Origin: Mobula hypostoma
Taxonomy: Eukaryota
DNA: 64,000 nucleotides
Reading direction: 5' to 3'
Assembly: GCF_963921235.1 (NCBI RefSeq)
Contig: NC_086097.1
Location: forward strand, 87,360,001-87,424,000
The position numbers and the translations under genes were made by a program. Positions 12,451-27,127 of this stretch are shown here, piece after piece; the stretch's first letter is position 1; each line of letters starts with the position of its first letter. Under the pieces are notes generated by a model. It worked only from the letters and a program-made list of their open reading frames with translations. It was not told the DNA's origin and did not search any database.

Positions 12451-13479
12451 TGGAAATATATGGTTGGGTTAAAGATAGGTAACTGTAACTTTTAGGGATA
12501 GCAAAGTACTAAGGAAATATAGGTTGAATACGCTGACTTTGAATTGTTCAGTAATGAAGTAGAATGCATACTTTGCGCCAAGGATGCATTCATATTGTGC
12601 TGAGCTGTCGAGTCAGTTAGTTTTTATTGGCATGGTCACATAGAGTAAAGAGGGTGACTGCATTTATCATATTCAAGAATCGTTCTAGATTTCTTTATTT
12701 CAAAACAACTATGAAAGTTTTATGATACTCAGTTAGTAGAAAAGGAAATATTTTAGTATTAGGTTGTGCTCGGATGTCATTTAGAAGAGTCATTGCTGAA
12801 GGAAAATTGGCTTGCGGATCTCCTCCAAGTACCTTTGCCAAGGTGATCTCATAAATAGGTCCATTATGGTGAAGCTTTACAGGAAGCAATGCTTTAAAAC
12901 TACACTTGACACTTGAACTGAAATATAGTGCCAATTTGTTACAAAACATTTCTGTGCTGGCTCTCATATGAACTTAAAAGGCCGAGAGTCCTTCTTCTGT
13001 GTCGTAGTATGGAGCAATGTACTTGTTCAGATCGGGGAAGATTACAGGCGAAGTTAATAGACATGTTCAAAACTATGTGTGCTCAGTGCAGTAAAGAAGG
13101 AATTACATTTTCCATCAGGAGAATGCCAGTAAGCGCAGATTTAATGTGGTTTTGGAAAAAATAACAAAAGTGTGTAAAGCTGAATTTATTTTAGAATGAG
13201 TTGTGATGTTTTGGATTGCAGTGCCTGAGGTGTGATGAAGGCAGAAAGAATTGGCCAAGAAACTAAAAGGTGCAGGGGTAACAGTAATAAACAACTGCTA
13301 TCATTTTGATGATGCCCAGCCATAGAAAAATTCAGTGGAGTTCAATGCCCAATGTGTCAGACACGACCAAAATGCCCCTAAACACTTACCCTTGCGCGTG
13401 ATGTCTTTTCACACAGGAGAAATTCTTAAATCAAAACGTCAAACAGTAGAGCTCAGAATGGAGGAGGAAGCTCCAGCAT

Positions 13480-13750
13480 GGGCACAACCCTTCCCACTAT
13501 TAAGGACAGCTTCAAGAGGTGGTGGCTCAAGAAAGCAGCATCCATCATTAAGGAACCTCACCATCCAGGACATGCCCTCTGCTTGTCACTACCATCAGAG
13601 AAAAGGTACGGAGTCTGAAGAGCCACACTCAGCGATACAGGAAGGGTTTCCTCACCTCAATCATCAGCTGACTGAACAGTCCATGAACCTGTGAACACTG
13701 CCTCATTATTCCTTTTTTTTTGCACTATTCAATTATTTCATAACTTATAG
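13480..13750 (+). mobile_element. Rex1/Babar LINE 3' fragment
   Basis: aaagcagcatccatcattaagga...ccatccaggacatgccctc, shared with 29390-29600. Confidence 0.7.
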
Positions 13751-13770
13751 TGATGACAGTGGATGCTGGT

Positions 13771-14560
13771 AAGTACACGGTCATCCATTTGGAAGGAAAA
13801 AATAGAAGATCAAATTACCTAAATGGTGAAAGGTTGCAATATGATATTACGCAGAGGGACTTGAGAGTGCCTGTGCATGGATCTTAAAAGATTGGTTTGC
13901 AGGTCCAGTCGGTTATCAAAAAGACAAAAAGAATGTTGTCCATCATTGAATTTCAGGCCAGGAAGGTTATGCTGCCACTGTACAGAGTACTGGTGAGGCT
14001 GCATTTGGAGTACTATATGCAGTTCTGGTTTCCTTACTTGATGGAAGATATACTGGCTTTGGAGGGGTTGCAGAGGAAGTGATTCACTAGATTGATTCCG
14101 GAGATGATGGCATTAGCCTATGAAGAGAGAATGAGTCGCATAGGACCATACTTGCTGGAAGTCAGAAGAATGAAAGGGGATTTTATAGAAACATATGAAA
14201 TTTTGAAATGGATAGATAAGATAGAGGCAGGGAAGTTGTTTCCATTGTTAAGTGAGACAAGAACTAGGGGACATAGCGTCAAGATTGGGAAGGACAGGTT
14301 TAGGACAGAGATGAGCAGAATCTTCTTTTCCCGGAGAATATTGAATCTGTGGAACTCTCTGCCCAGGGTATCAGTAAGAGCTACCTCATGAAATATATTT
14401 AAGATATAGATACATTTTTGCAGAACAGGGGAATTATGGGTTATAAGGAAAAGGCAGGTGAATCCATAATCAGATCAGCCATGATCTTATTGAATGATGG
14501 AGCAGGCTCAATGGGCCGGATCTTCTACTCCTGTTCCTCTTTCTTATTTTCGTATGTTCT
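13771..14560 (+). mobile_element. CR1 LINE 3' fragment
   Basis: LYRVLVRLHLEYYMQFWFP, RRMKGDFIETYEI, RTRGHSVKI and a CR1-type 3'UTR. Confidence 0.92.
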
Positions 14561-17500
14561 TTTGGCCACAGGAGACAGATGCCTAATGATCATGGTTTAG
14601 AAGTCAAATTGGAACCTGTAGGGGGATGGCTGCAGTTGATCAGGCCCTGGAGCAAAGATGTCGTGTATCATGAAATGGGGCCGTATTCAGGGGGTTTGTC
14701 AGTGAATGGTCATCTGATTCAGATTTATTTATCACGTGTACACCGAAACATGCGGTGAAATGTGTCATTTGCATTAATAACCAGCGTACCTTAGCATGTG
14801 CTGGGGGCAGCCTGCAAGTGTTGCCACACTTTCCAGTCCAACATAGCATGCCCACAGTGTTCCACAGAGCAACACAAGTAACATCATCAACAACAAAACA
14901 GAACAAGATGACAACAACGACAAATCAAGTCTCTTTCCCATTCCTCCCACCTACAGAGGCCTCCAACCCAGAGCAGCCCTCCTCCCAGCCTTCTGTCCTT
15001 GTCCCCAAATTCTCAGACTCACAGAAACCAAGCTTCCAACTTCAGACTTCTTCCCAGGACAACAATCAGAGTTATGGAATAACTATGCTCTCATCAAACA
15101 ATCCTTGTTCTCAGTGGTTGGGATGTCAGCCAGGAATTGTCACCTTGAGCAGTGGCAGAGGACTGAAGTGGGAAAGCTGGGTAAGAAACTTACCTTGAAG
15201 GGGATTTTTTTTTTGAGTCAAGTCGCCATGCCAAGCAGGTCCTGTTTTAAATTGTGTTGCTCATAACACAGTGGGTTCCAGGAGAACCTAGCTACAGGCA
15301 TGTACTAGATGGTTGATGTATCTCCATTATTGTAATAGTGTTTTGCTATTAAATATTCCATGATGAGTTTCCACAATGGCACAGTTTGGCTTGGAAATCA
15401 TCAAAGTTGTATTCTATTCCAGAAATAACCGATCTTCACTTGCAAAGTGCTGAAGAAAGCAATGCAGTTTGACTGAACTTCCATGCCTGTAACTATTTAT
15501 ATTGAATGTATATTTGGAAAGCAAAAATTTGCTGCACTATGGAGAAAAAGATGAGAATGTAATAAATTGGCTGGCCTTTTCCAGGAGCAGGCGTGAGCTC
15601 AATAGGCAGCAAATTCAATTTCCATGTTCTTTGATTTTATGATTAGACAAAGACCTGCCCAAAGTGATTTTCATTCCTTTATGTAGCTGTTCATGTCAGT
15701 GGAAGGGAGGCACACTAAGTTTCTCCTGATAGTCTCTGCTGATCAGAAAATGTAAGAATTTGTTCCAGGTCAGTGTACGGAGAATGACAGAAGAAATCTG
15801 CCAAAAGTGGAAATCATGACTGAAACTCTCCCATGACTTTGAAATCCATTACCTATACTGATTTCATCTGCCCCCTAAAGTTCTCAGTCAAATTCACTCC
15901 TTGTGGTTTATAAGCCATTAAAATACCTACAACTGAGATTACACAGCTCTAAATCTTTTAAGGATTCAAAAAACTCATAGAAATGTGACTTGTTTGTATG
16001 GGGGTTATTTGACTGTGTTCTATCCTGATGCATTTTCACTTACTACCAAAAATGTCACTTGTGACAACTGTAAGCAAAAACCATGATAAAAGCAGCACAA
16101 AGTTTCTAGGCTTTAATATCCAAGTGAGTTAGGAATGAAAATGACTCCAGTTGCATAGACTCCGCTGCACTAATCATCACAGTGAAGTGATGACTGTTGC
16201 ATTTTTATTAAAGAAACCTTGTCATGCTATCTTAAGATCACATTCTAAAATAAAACTGACCTTAACAAAGTGAAAATTTCAGAGCAGGGAATGTAGGGCT
16301 TTCTATAACAAGTCTTCAGTGTCAGGCCTGGTATAATACAGACAGCTGCCAACCAAAGCTTCCACAATGTACCTTAAATCCAGGCTCTTGGCGATATTTC
16401 TACACCTCCATTATGCAATTCTATCTCAAATCCCACACCTACCACACTGGTAATACCACTGTATTAGGAGTGTAATGCTTCCCAGGGATAGGAATATCTT
16501 CACTTCCTCTGAGAGATCATTTAAGATATGGTGCTATGCTTTTTAATGCATGAAATATTTCCTTAACTGCTTCTGCAATTGAAAGAATGTTGTCATTCAG
16601 TGGAGGAATTTGGTGTCTTGGAAACTTCACTCAATTATGCAGCTTGTGCAATTGTGCGTAATAATATATGCAAAGCATTTACCAGACGGCAATGTTTGAA
16701 GGATTAGCGAGGAAATGGCAAATGTATTTTTCACAGTTTTTCGAGGTATTTTAACTGTTACATTTTTCTTCCTTTTTTTTCATTAAATGGCAGTCTACAG
16801 TCTCTATGCTTCATATATTGCTGCTCAGAAAAGGTTTAATTATTGATCTTCTCACAGGTTTTCTCTCTTTTCTAGCTTCATCATGGCTTATGTGAATTTA
16901 ACAAAATGGGGATCAAACCTGTAATTTCTCCCATTCTGAAGCTCCCTGCTGAACTTCACAGCAGCCTTGCTTGGCTCCATCTTGGCATCATGATTACGAT
17001 TACAGTGTTTTTTTTTGCAGTTGATTCAGTTGCAAATGCTGTACAAAAATAGCAGTTTAAGTATATCCTGAAAGGATATAAGCAATTGGAAGCCATGTCT
17101 TCTTGCATATTCACATCATTTTCTTGTCAGATCTAATGTTCAATGAAGTAAATGATGTACCATTATTAATGGAAGCTGTGATTCTTGCCAGTCACTCTCA
17201 ATCTTTTCTATTTGAGCAGCTATCATGACTGTAGTTGAAGCTGGCTCAGACTCATATGGACAGGAACAGTTACTACCCTTGCAAGTCACGTACTCCAACA
17301 GTTCTGCTTCTTTCTGACTATTAAAACTGTTTCGTTGCGTAACATGTCAACATGCAAGTATGCTGTCAGATACAGTGGCATCCTGCTTTTCATGTGATTA
17401 ATAGTAACTTTCTCAGCATGTTCTGTTTTGCAAAGGTAAGCTCATTGACTGTTGAGAAACTGCTCAGACTCTGTGACTTCAACTCCACACCTGTTCTGAT

Positions 17501-17920
17501 AAATCCTGTCGAAAATACGATGTGCATTTCTACAGCACATGAATCTCACCTTGCATTGATCGGAGTGTGACATTCTTAAATGATGAAATGTATACCTTTC
17601 GAACAAAGCAAGAGAGTTGAAGAACAAGAATTTGGGGTGGTATTTGTTCGGTGTGTCCAGGAAGGATTCCTGACACAACATGTGTGCAGTCCGATGAGAG
17701 GAGTGGCCATATTGGATTTGGTTCTGGGCAATGAACCAGATCAGGTGTCAGATCTCTTGGTGGGAGAGCATGTCAGGGCCAGAAACCACAACACCCTGGT
17801 ATTTACTATAGCCCCTTAGTGACGAGTCAGAACAGATGGCATGGGAAAGCATTTAATTGGAGGAGAGAGAATTATAATGCCCTTAGGCAGGAACTGGGGA
17901 GCATCAATTGGGAAAAGATG

Positions 17921-19875
17921 TACTTTAGAGATGGAAATAGGGAGGAGCTGAGGACAATACAGAGGGACCTGAAAGCCAGGATCAGGGAGGCTAAAGACAG
18001 GTACAGGAGGAAGCTTGAGTGGAAACTCCAGCAGAACAACATGAGAGAGGTCTGGAGGGGGATGAGGACTATCACTGGGTTCCGGCAAACTAGCAACAGA
18101 GGAGCTGAAGGCAGTGTGGACAGGGCCAACGAACTTAACCTGTTCTTTAACAGATTTGACATTGTGGCCCCTGCCCATCCCCCACATAATTCATCTGTTG
18201 TCGGCCAACAACCAACACTTATTCCACTTTCCCCTCCTACCCCTCCTCACAGTCCCCCACCCTGCTCTCATGACTATACCCCTTCCCCACACAAAACCAC
18301 CACAGTGGGCTTCACAGCTGAACAGGTGAGAAGACAGCTGAAACGTCTCAACCCAAGCAAAGCTGCAGGACTGGATGGTGTCAGTACCAGGGTGCTCAAA
18401 GCCTGTGCCCCTCAGCTATGTGGAGTACTTTACCATGTATTCAACCTGAGCCTGAGGCTCCGGAGGGTTCCTGTACTGTGGAAGACGTCCTGCCTCGTCC
18501 CTGTGCCAAAGACGCCGTGCTCCAGCGGCCTCAATGACTATAGACTGGTGGCACTGACCTCCCACATCATGAAGACCCTGGAGAGACTTGTTCTGGAGCT
18601 GCTCCGGCCTATGGTCAGGCCACACTTAGATTCCCTCCAGTTCACCTACCAGCCCTGGCTTGGAGTTGAGGATGCCATCGTCTACCTGCTGAACCGTGTC
18701 TACGCCCACCTGGACAAGCCAGCGAGCACTGTGAGGGTCATGTTTTTTGACTTCTCCAGTGCGTTCAACACCATCCACCCTGCTCTGCTGGGGGAGAAGC
18801 TGACAGCGATGCAGGTGGATGCTTTCCTGGTGTCATGGATTCTTGATTACCTGACTGGCAGACCACAATACGTGTGCTTGCAACACTGTGTGTCCGACAG
18901 AGTGATCAGCAGCACTGGGGCTCCACAGGGGACTGTCTTGTCTCCCTTTCTCTTCATCATTTACACCTCGGACTTCAACTACTGCACAGAGTCTTGTCAT
19001 CTTCAGGAGTTTTCGGATGACTCTGCCATACTTGGATGCATCAGCAAGGGAGATAAGGCTGAGTACAGGGCTACGGTGGGAAACTTTGTCACATGGTGTG
19101 AGCAGAATTATCTGCAGCTTAATGTGAAAAAGACTAAGGAGCTGGTGGCAGACCTGAGGAGAGCTAAGGTACCGGTGACCCCCGTTTCCATCCAGGGGTC
19201 AGTGTGGACATGATGGAGGATTACAAATACCTGGGGATATGAATTGGCAATAAACTGGACTGGTCAAAGAACACTGAGGCTGTCTACAAGAAGGGTCAGA
19301 GCCGTCTCCATTTCCTGAGGAGACTGAGGTCCTTTAACATCTGCCGGACGACGCTAAGGATGTTCTACGAGTCTGTGGTGGCCAGTGCTATCATGTTTGC
19401 TGTTGTGTGCTGGGGCAGCAGGCTGAGGGTAGCAGACACCAACAGAATCAACAAACTCATTCGTAAGGCCAGTGATGTTGTGGGGATGGAACTGGACTCT
19501 CTCACGGTGGTGTCTGAAAAGAGGATGCTGTCTAAATTGCATGCCATCTTGGTCAATGTCTCCCATCCACTAAATAATGTACTGGTTGGGCACAGGAGTA
19601 CATTCAGCCAGAGACTCATTCCACCGAGATGCAGCACAGAGCATTATAGGAAGTCATTCCTGCCTGTGGCCATCAAACTTTACAACTCCTCCCTTGGAGG
19701 GTCAGACACCCTGAGCCAATAGGCTGGTTCTGGATATAATTTCCTGGCATAATTTACATATTAGTATTTCATTATTTATGGTTTTATCACTATTTAATTA
19801 TTTATGATGCAACTGTAACAAAAACCAATTTCCCCCGGGATCAATAAAGTATGACTATGACCATGACTATGACTA
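17921..19875 (+). mobile_element. Rex1/Babar-clade LINE, 5'-truncated, near-intact RT, (CTATGA)n tail
   Basis: KAAGLDG, NDYRLVALTSHIMK, FFDFSSAFNTI, GAPQGTVLSPFLF, FSDDSA, LQLNVKKTKEL; C-terminal ORF 19360-19722. Confidence 0.95.
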
Positions 19876-20382
19876 CTCTGGGAAATGCACAATAGCAATG
19901 TGGTGGTTGTTTAGGAAGGACCTGTTGGGTGTTCTGTGTAAGTTTGTCACATTGAGGTGAGGAAAGGATGGTAGGGTGAAGGAGCCATTGTTGACAGGAG
20001 ACATGGAACACCCAGTTAAGAGGAAGAATGAAACTTACTTAAGGTTTAGGAAGCAAAGGATCAGACAGGGTTCTTTAAAGTTACAGGGTAGCCAGGAAGA
20101 GCTGAAGAATGGACTTAGGAGCGCTAGAAGGGGACGTGAGAAAGCAGTGGCAAGTAGGATTAAGGAAGACTCCAAGGTGTTCTACATGAATGTGAAGAAC
20201 AGGAGGATAGCAAGAGTGAGGGTAGGAAGAATCAGGTATACTGGAGGAAACATATGCCTGGTAGGCTTTCACCAGTGAGAGGAACTTGACGATTGTGAAG
20301 ACAATGTAAAACTGGCTGATATGCTCAAACGTGGTGATGTTAAGAAAGTGAATGTATGGAACTTTTGAAGTATGTATGGACA

Positions 20383-20880
20383 TATCTGAATTATGGCCTC
20401 CTCTACTGCCATGATGAGGCTAAACTCAGGTTGGAGGAGCAACACCTCATATACCATCTAAGTAGTCTCCAGCCCCTTGGTATGAACACTGAATACTCCA
20501 ACTTCCGGTAATTCCCTCCCCCTCCCTGCCCCCTCCCCCAGCTGCCTGCCACCTCCCTCTTGGTTCTGCCTCCTTCTACTACCCATTGTGTTTTCCCCTA
20601 TTCTTCCTTCACCTTTCCTGCCTATCACCTCCCTGCTTCCCCTCCCCCACCCCTTCATCTTCCCCCTTACTGGTTTTTCACCCGGAACCTACCAGCCTTC
20701 CCCTTCCCACCCTCCCCCCACCTTCTTTATAGGGCCTCTGCCCCTTCCCCCTAAAGTCCTGATGAAGGGTTCCAGCCCGAAACGTCGACCGATCTTTTCC
20801 ACGGATGCTGCCCGACCTGCTGAGTTCCTCCAGCATGTTGTGAGTGTTGCTTTGACCCCAGCATCTGCAGAGTATTTTGT
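20383..20880 (+). mobile_element. Penelope-like 3' fragment, second subfamily
   Basis: Begins GLLYCHDEAKLRLEEQHL; pyrimidine-rich pLTR; hammerhead motif; ...ccagcatctgcagagtatttt end. Confidence 0.88.
20755..20789 (+). ncRNA. Minimal hammerhead ribozyme motif, divergent subfamily
   Basis: AGUC CUGAUGA A GGG UUCCAG CCC GAAA CG UC GAC. Confidence 0.75.
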
Positions 20881-22629
20881 GGATATTAGAGGAAGGTTTT
20901 TCACTCAGAGAGTGGTTGGTGCATGGAATGCACTGCCTGAGTCAGTGGTGGAGGCAGATACACTAGTGAAGTTTAAGAGACTACTAGACAGGTACAGTAT
21001 ATGGAGGAATTTAAGGTGGGGGGTTATATTGGAGGCAAGGTTTAAAGATCGGCACAACATTGTGAGTTGAAGGGCCTGTACTGTGCTGTACTATTCTATG
21101 TTCTATGTTCTAACATAGACTGAGTGATTTTCAATAATGTGAGTTTTCTGATGGATGATATTGAGACAAAAGCAGGAAATGGATTCACTAGAATGATACT
21201 GGAGCTAAACGTGTTAATTAATGAATTAATTGTTGAATTATAGACAGTTGAGTAGTTTAGGTGGTAATCTAATTGAATTATTAAGGTAGTGATAGTGTAA
21301 ATAGAGGAAACTCTTTCCTGTGGTGAGGCAAAATATGTAATCATAAAATTAGAACTACCCTACACTATTCAGGGTTGATATGAGGAAAGACTTGGTCCCA
21401 CAAAGGATGGTGACATTTTAGAAATTCCTCCCCTAATATTTTTCTTGGCCAAGGTTACAAAATAAAAAGCCTGATAGATGTAATTATGATACAGATCAGC
21501 CACGATCACCTTGAGTGGAAAGCCCATTTATTGCTACTTCTCTGGGTCATGATACCCCTACATGTGAGTGTTAATTAATGAAAATAGCCTCATGATTTTT
21601 TTTTCATTTGTGGTGTTTCTCTACAGCAGGGCTTCCCAACCTGAAATCCACGAACCCCTTGCTTAATTGTGTTGGACCATGACATAAAAAAGGCCTACTG
21701 GGTCTACCTATCCTATATCAGCTGGGTGCATGAGATGTCAAGAGACCAAGTGGCATGAAACAGGGGTTCTTAACACTCATACTTTTAATGGTCTTTGGAA
21801 CTCCAAAATGGTGTTCTGTCAGATATCGTGAACAGTGAATGACCACAATAGTTGCTGACGATCTTAATGAAATCCCAGTGTTTAGCGGTTTGGGAAATTT
21901 CTTCTTGTAAGTATATTCAGGAGCATGATAATGAAATTCCTCACCCTTTCACCCCTCAGGGTGCATCATTCACCAGACTTATTGCGCTACTGATTGATTT
22001 TATTATTCTACAAGTGTTTACTGCTTTCCATTATTATTTCAAGTGGCAAAGGTGGCAGGTGCTGAAAGATTTGTTGTTAACTTCAATGCTTCTGCTCAAA
22101 CCATGTGTCAAATTCTTCCCAGATAGTGGAACATTTCTATGGATTCCTCCTGAAACTTTGTACAGTTGGGAGAATGAACAGAAGGTATTCAAAACAAGCT
22201 GATGATAAAGGAAGGTTAAAAAATAAAGAATAATCTGCAGCAAGAAGGTGGAGGAGTATTTGGTAAAAGTGACCAAGGAGGTGGCCATAACCAGAAGTAA
22301 TAATCCAATCTGATTTTTACTGAGACATCTGCGCTTCAGAGTAACTACAAATGCAACCTCAGAGCAAATCAAGTGCACCACTGGCAGCATTTGTTAGTGT
22401 GACCATGGCAATAAACTTTAATGCATTTGGCTCCTTCCAGGCTGCTGCTGGACATAGCTAAAATGCACAAAACTGTTACTAGAGGAACATCTTTTAGATT
22501 TGCTATTTAAGGAAAGCTGACTACACTTCATTCTTTGGCTGATGACCAGGAGACAGTAAAAGCACGAGGCTTTGCTAGAATAGCAGACATCCCCATGGTA
22601 CAGGGAGGTCAGCAGCTGTAACTTCAACT

Positions 22630-24950
22630 CCTGATCATGGCTTCGCTATCATTGCTTCAGAACCTGGATGTTTTGATATTGACATCAGCGCCCTGAGTGA
22701 GGCGTGATCAGCAGGAAATGGCCCCCTCGATAACATGGCAGTGGTTGCACTGTGTCCTTGAAAGGCAAACTGGAAAGGGAAGACCTTATTCATGAGATAG
22801 GTTTTGCAATCAACAGTGATCTAGTCTGGTATCATAGTAACTCCCCCTGTAGGACAGGTGAATGTCCTATGATCAATTCACTCAGTCTAATATGGAATCA
22901 ATATATCATCGTAAGTGTATTTGCCATAAACCTGGAAGCTTCTCGTAGGGCCAAGGAGAACTTCTACTCCATGCTAGGAAATTTCCTGGTCTGCACCCCA
23001 AGGCAGACAAACTGTTTCTCCTCTCCAACTCAGTCACTGGGAAGAGATCCAGTCCTCTGGCTAACTGGGATGGGCAAGAAGGGCGATGGAAAAACTGACT
23101 CTAGTGGGGTCCTTCTGATAAAATTGCTTGGAGTACACCCTTGTTGTTACCAATAACCTGCTTCACCGGAGAGACGAGCACAACCCCAGTCTGAACCTGT
23201 TAGATTACTATATATCATCATCTGAGTGATAGATAAGAATGATATCTATATCACCAATGTCATGGCGTTGATGAGTGCTGGACAGATCATCGCCTAATCT
23301 GCTCAGCAACTTTCATCAGCCTGGCCCCCAAATGCCTGCATCAATAATGACATTGCAACAAGGAAAACAATTCTGAAGCTCTTAAGGACCCCACAGAGGT
23401 GTTTCAACTTAGACAGGGTCAGACAACCAGCCAACTCCCAGGTGTTAAAGCCGCAGAGTGTCTACAGTGGATAAACTTCTCATCGTCAACCAAAACTGGT
23501 AGTTGTGACGAAACACTTGGCCTAACAGAAGAACTAGGCTGGTTTGCTGACAATGATTCATGACTTCTTTAACTACAAACACAAGATGCCACTGGATTGA
23601 CACTCCACCATGCTTAGGGGTAAAGTAACAGTACTAGAAGTAATTTAAGGTGGAAGTACAGCAATAAACAGGCGACCTAAAGAACAGGAGGCGGTTTGAG
23701 AGAGTTAAGGAGAATGAGCAACTTGCAGACTTCCATGATATGTCTGGGTTTTTCAGCACTGTCCAGACCATGTGTGGCCAAAGCACCAAAGCTGTATCCC
23801 ATTGAGAGTCAAGAGCAGAAGTGAACTTATTGACAACAGAGGACAGTCAATGCCAGGAGGAGGAAACACTTCAGAAACCTTCTCAACTGCAACTTTGTCC
23901 TTGTAGTGCATGTTCTTGACCACTTCCAATGAGTTTGAAATGATCACATACCAACTAAAACAGAACAAGGCCACCAGTATTGTTCTAAAATTCAGTAGTG
24001 AGTAGCATCAGTCACAAAGCTACAGCCTCATCGTCCACATCGGAGAAGAGGAGGCCATACCAGGAAACTTTGGAGACACCATCTTCAAGTAATGAAATAA
24101 ATCTAATGGTGGTAATTGAAGAGGGATCTACCTGTAATCTGTCACAGAAAATGTCATTATCAGCATCCTCACCTGCATCCTCCTCTACAGTTTCTCTCCA
24201 AGTTACAGAGAGATATTTTTTCATCTAGAGGCACCACAGACGTGATACGTTTATTTTATTTATTTATTGAGATACAGTGTGGAGTTGGCCCTTCGAGCCA
24301 CACCATCCAACAACCCCCCGATTTAATCCTAGCCTCATCAGAGGACAATTTACAATGACCAATGAATCTGCCAGCTGGTACATCTTTGGATGGTGGGGGG
24401 GGAACCAGAGCACCTATGCAGTAGCTAGAAGAACATGTAAACTCCTTACAGGCAGCAGTGGGGATTAAACCCTGGTCACCTGTACTGTAAAGCATTGTGC
24501 TAGCCACTACACTGCCATGCTGCCCTCACCTTGCAGCAACCACCATACGCAGCCTTTTTCAACCACATTAAAGCCTTTGGTTTCATAAACCTGGAATAAC
24601 TGTAGAGTACTCTCCTCAAGTTTAACTGCCCAAGAAATTAATCTCCACCCTACGTTTGCTCCATTATGGCATGCAAGCAATGCCTCTAACTAACATGTCA
24701 ACAACAGAACCAATCTCACTGCAGAATGTTATCAATCAAGGGTGAATCATTGCTCCAACATTTATTTCAATTATGCTGACACAAAGCCGCACATTAGCTT
24801 CAATAATCTTCCCACTGGAGGGAAACTAATCAAAAAGATTAATGGGGAAATCATTCAGCTTATGTCATCTCTTCTCCAAAATAAAGGTCTCCCCAACAGC
24901 AGTAGTCAATTTGCAGTAGACAGGCATTGCTTACATTTGCTTACGTTTGG
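22630..24950 (+). mobile_element. Ancient RTE-clade LINE (APE + partial RT), heavily decayed
   Basis: FDIDISALSE, EIGFAI, KENFY, CWTDHRL remnants; continues either side of a SINE. Confidence 0.75.
24250..24526 (-). mobile_element. V-SINE (HE1-like)
   Basis: tRNA-like head at 24526-24455, V-domain 'gagtttacatgttct' and an A-rich tail. Confidence 0.75.
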
Positions 24951-27127
24951 AGCCAGGGCTCCCAGTCATTGTCAACATACTCACCTGACCACTGACTACT
25001 CAAAGTGGAAAGAAGCATTTGGGATTGGATCTCAAGTCTATCAGCAGGTCACCACCCACCCATATGATGAAACTATCTGCCCATCTGTTTCATCATATAA
25101 CAGTCTGTGGCTCCCAATTCAGCCTCATTGGCCATCACAGAACTTGCAAAGCCAGAGTGGAAGTAATTCATCTTGGATCCCAATGGGCTTCCTAAAACAG
25201 CAAGAAGATAGTGGGAATAACCTGGATGTGTTGGCTGTCATGCATTGAGGGGGGGGGGGACAAATGCTGAGGACACGAGAGAACAATTAAGTTTGTCCTA
25301 CACAGAGCCAATGCTACTTATCAGCTCCCCCCCAACGATTTCCGTTATCTTTCAGGGGAAAGTTTATGACTGCTACAACATCTGACAATACCACTTGCGC
25401 ACAGAGTTTCCCTCCCCTTCCATGCTGGTAAGGGTAGGCTTCACACTTCCCATAAAGTCATGTGCCAAGCCATGTTATGCTCTTACTTATCAGCAAATAT
25501 GTGTTTCTGATAGATTTCCTAGTACATTAAGCAAGTAGGTGCAGATTTCCCTTAGCCTTCTCCTGAGTTATTGTATATAGCAGTATGGTTATGGGATGAT
25601 CTAAGAATGATTGTGGTGAGTTCTCATTGATAGATAACTTAGTTTGAGCAATGTCTAAGATTATGGAGTATTTGTCGATATGACCTAGCATTTAATGGAT
25701 TTCATTTTTTTTTTGCATTCTCCTTCCAAAGCATAACTATTGACATGAATCTCGATGGCTATCTTCCTCAGTCTTATTAACAAATGACTGAATGGCTTCT
25801 TGGCCCCTTGCAAATCTAGGACATTTGTCTTCCATTGTACCTCCTCCACCACTGCCTCTGGCATCTGAAAACCTTGGAGACCAGTCACTCTCATTGCATG
25901 CTGATTCTCATCTCAGATTCACTTTAGAACAACAGCTTGAACATTCTCCAGTTTCACTGCATCCTGTGCTTAAGGGAATTGTTAGTTTCAAGTAGTGATG
26001 ACATTTCAGTCAGCTGGAACTGCTGACGTTCATTGGACAAAGTTAGCATGTTGCCTGCAGAGCAATCAATAAGCTTTGGGTTGCCTTGCAAAGTTATCAT
26101 TGCATCTGTTTTCAAAGTTCAGTTTTTCAAACTTCAAAGTAAATTTTTTATCGAAGTATGGATACTGTATACAACCTTGAGATTTATTTTCTTACTCACA
26201 TCCAGGGGAAATATAACCGAATCACATAACAAAGAGTGACAAATATCCACTGTTCCAAAGAGGACAAATCGTACAAATAATGAAAAGTAAACAAACCACA
26301 CTGAGAACATGGGTTGCAGAATCTCCAAAAGTGAGTCCACGGACTGTTGAGTCAGTTCAGTGCTGAGGGAAGTGATTTACTCAGAAACTGTTGAAGTTAA
26401 CCCGTGCGAAAAACAGCTTTTACAAACTTTTAAGGTTAACCTGCGAAAGGTACTAAATTTAATATGAAGATGTACACTAATCCCATATATTATGAAGTAC
26501 AACTTCATAATAAATGGGATTAGAGTAGACGGACAAATGCCAAATGGGATTAGATTGGATGAACAGTAATATCCTCATGGACATGACGGTCAGAAAATTC
26601 TTTTTCTCTGGTGTATGACTTGCTATGACTCAATCAAACACAAAGCAAACAAAAATCTGTTTTCTTTCCTGTTCTATTTTTGAGTCTGGACAAGTTTATT
26701 AAAATAGGGGAACCGATGTGCACACTGGCACTTGTCTAAAGCTGAATGCGCTTTCCTCCCATCCACAGGCATCAAGGTGATAGCTTGCCAATTCATGACT
26801 TGACAGCAGGCACCCAATAGGCTGCCTTCAGTTAAGTGAAGGTAATTTATCCTCCAAACAATGGCAAGAGAAAAGAACAAGCAATACCGAGATTCAACTG
26901 TACTTTGTGCAATTTTTTGTTGTTATTTGCTGGTCTAAGCCATATAATTTCTTGTTGGGTTGTTGCTGTTGGGTAATCAAATGTGGTTAAGAAACAAAAC
27001 AGTTGCACTATGCAATGCGATTGAATTAATTAAAAACCTGATTGCTTGCTATGGTCAGAACTTTCATGTGTGGGTTCCACAGGTTATTAATCTACTTACA
27101 GGTTCCCACATATTCTCCAAGAGGACC

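Larger units (their letters stand above)
17600..21115 (+). mobile_element. Fragmented CR1 (17600-17920, 19876-20380, 20881-21115) interrupted by Rex1 and Penelope insertions
   Basis: CVQEGFLTQHV...AILDLVLGNEP (APE); RIKEDSKVFY; DIRGRFFTQRVVGAWNALP with a (TTCTATG)n tail. Confidence 0.88.

Noticed and set aside
16860..17052. Plus-strand exon after a pyrimidine tract and AG
   Set aside because: The short frame has no recognisable homology and no good donor before the stop.
24742..25248. 168-aa ORF
   Set aside because: Overlaps decayed RTE sequence, has a non-ATG start and shows no domain.
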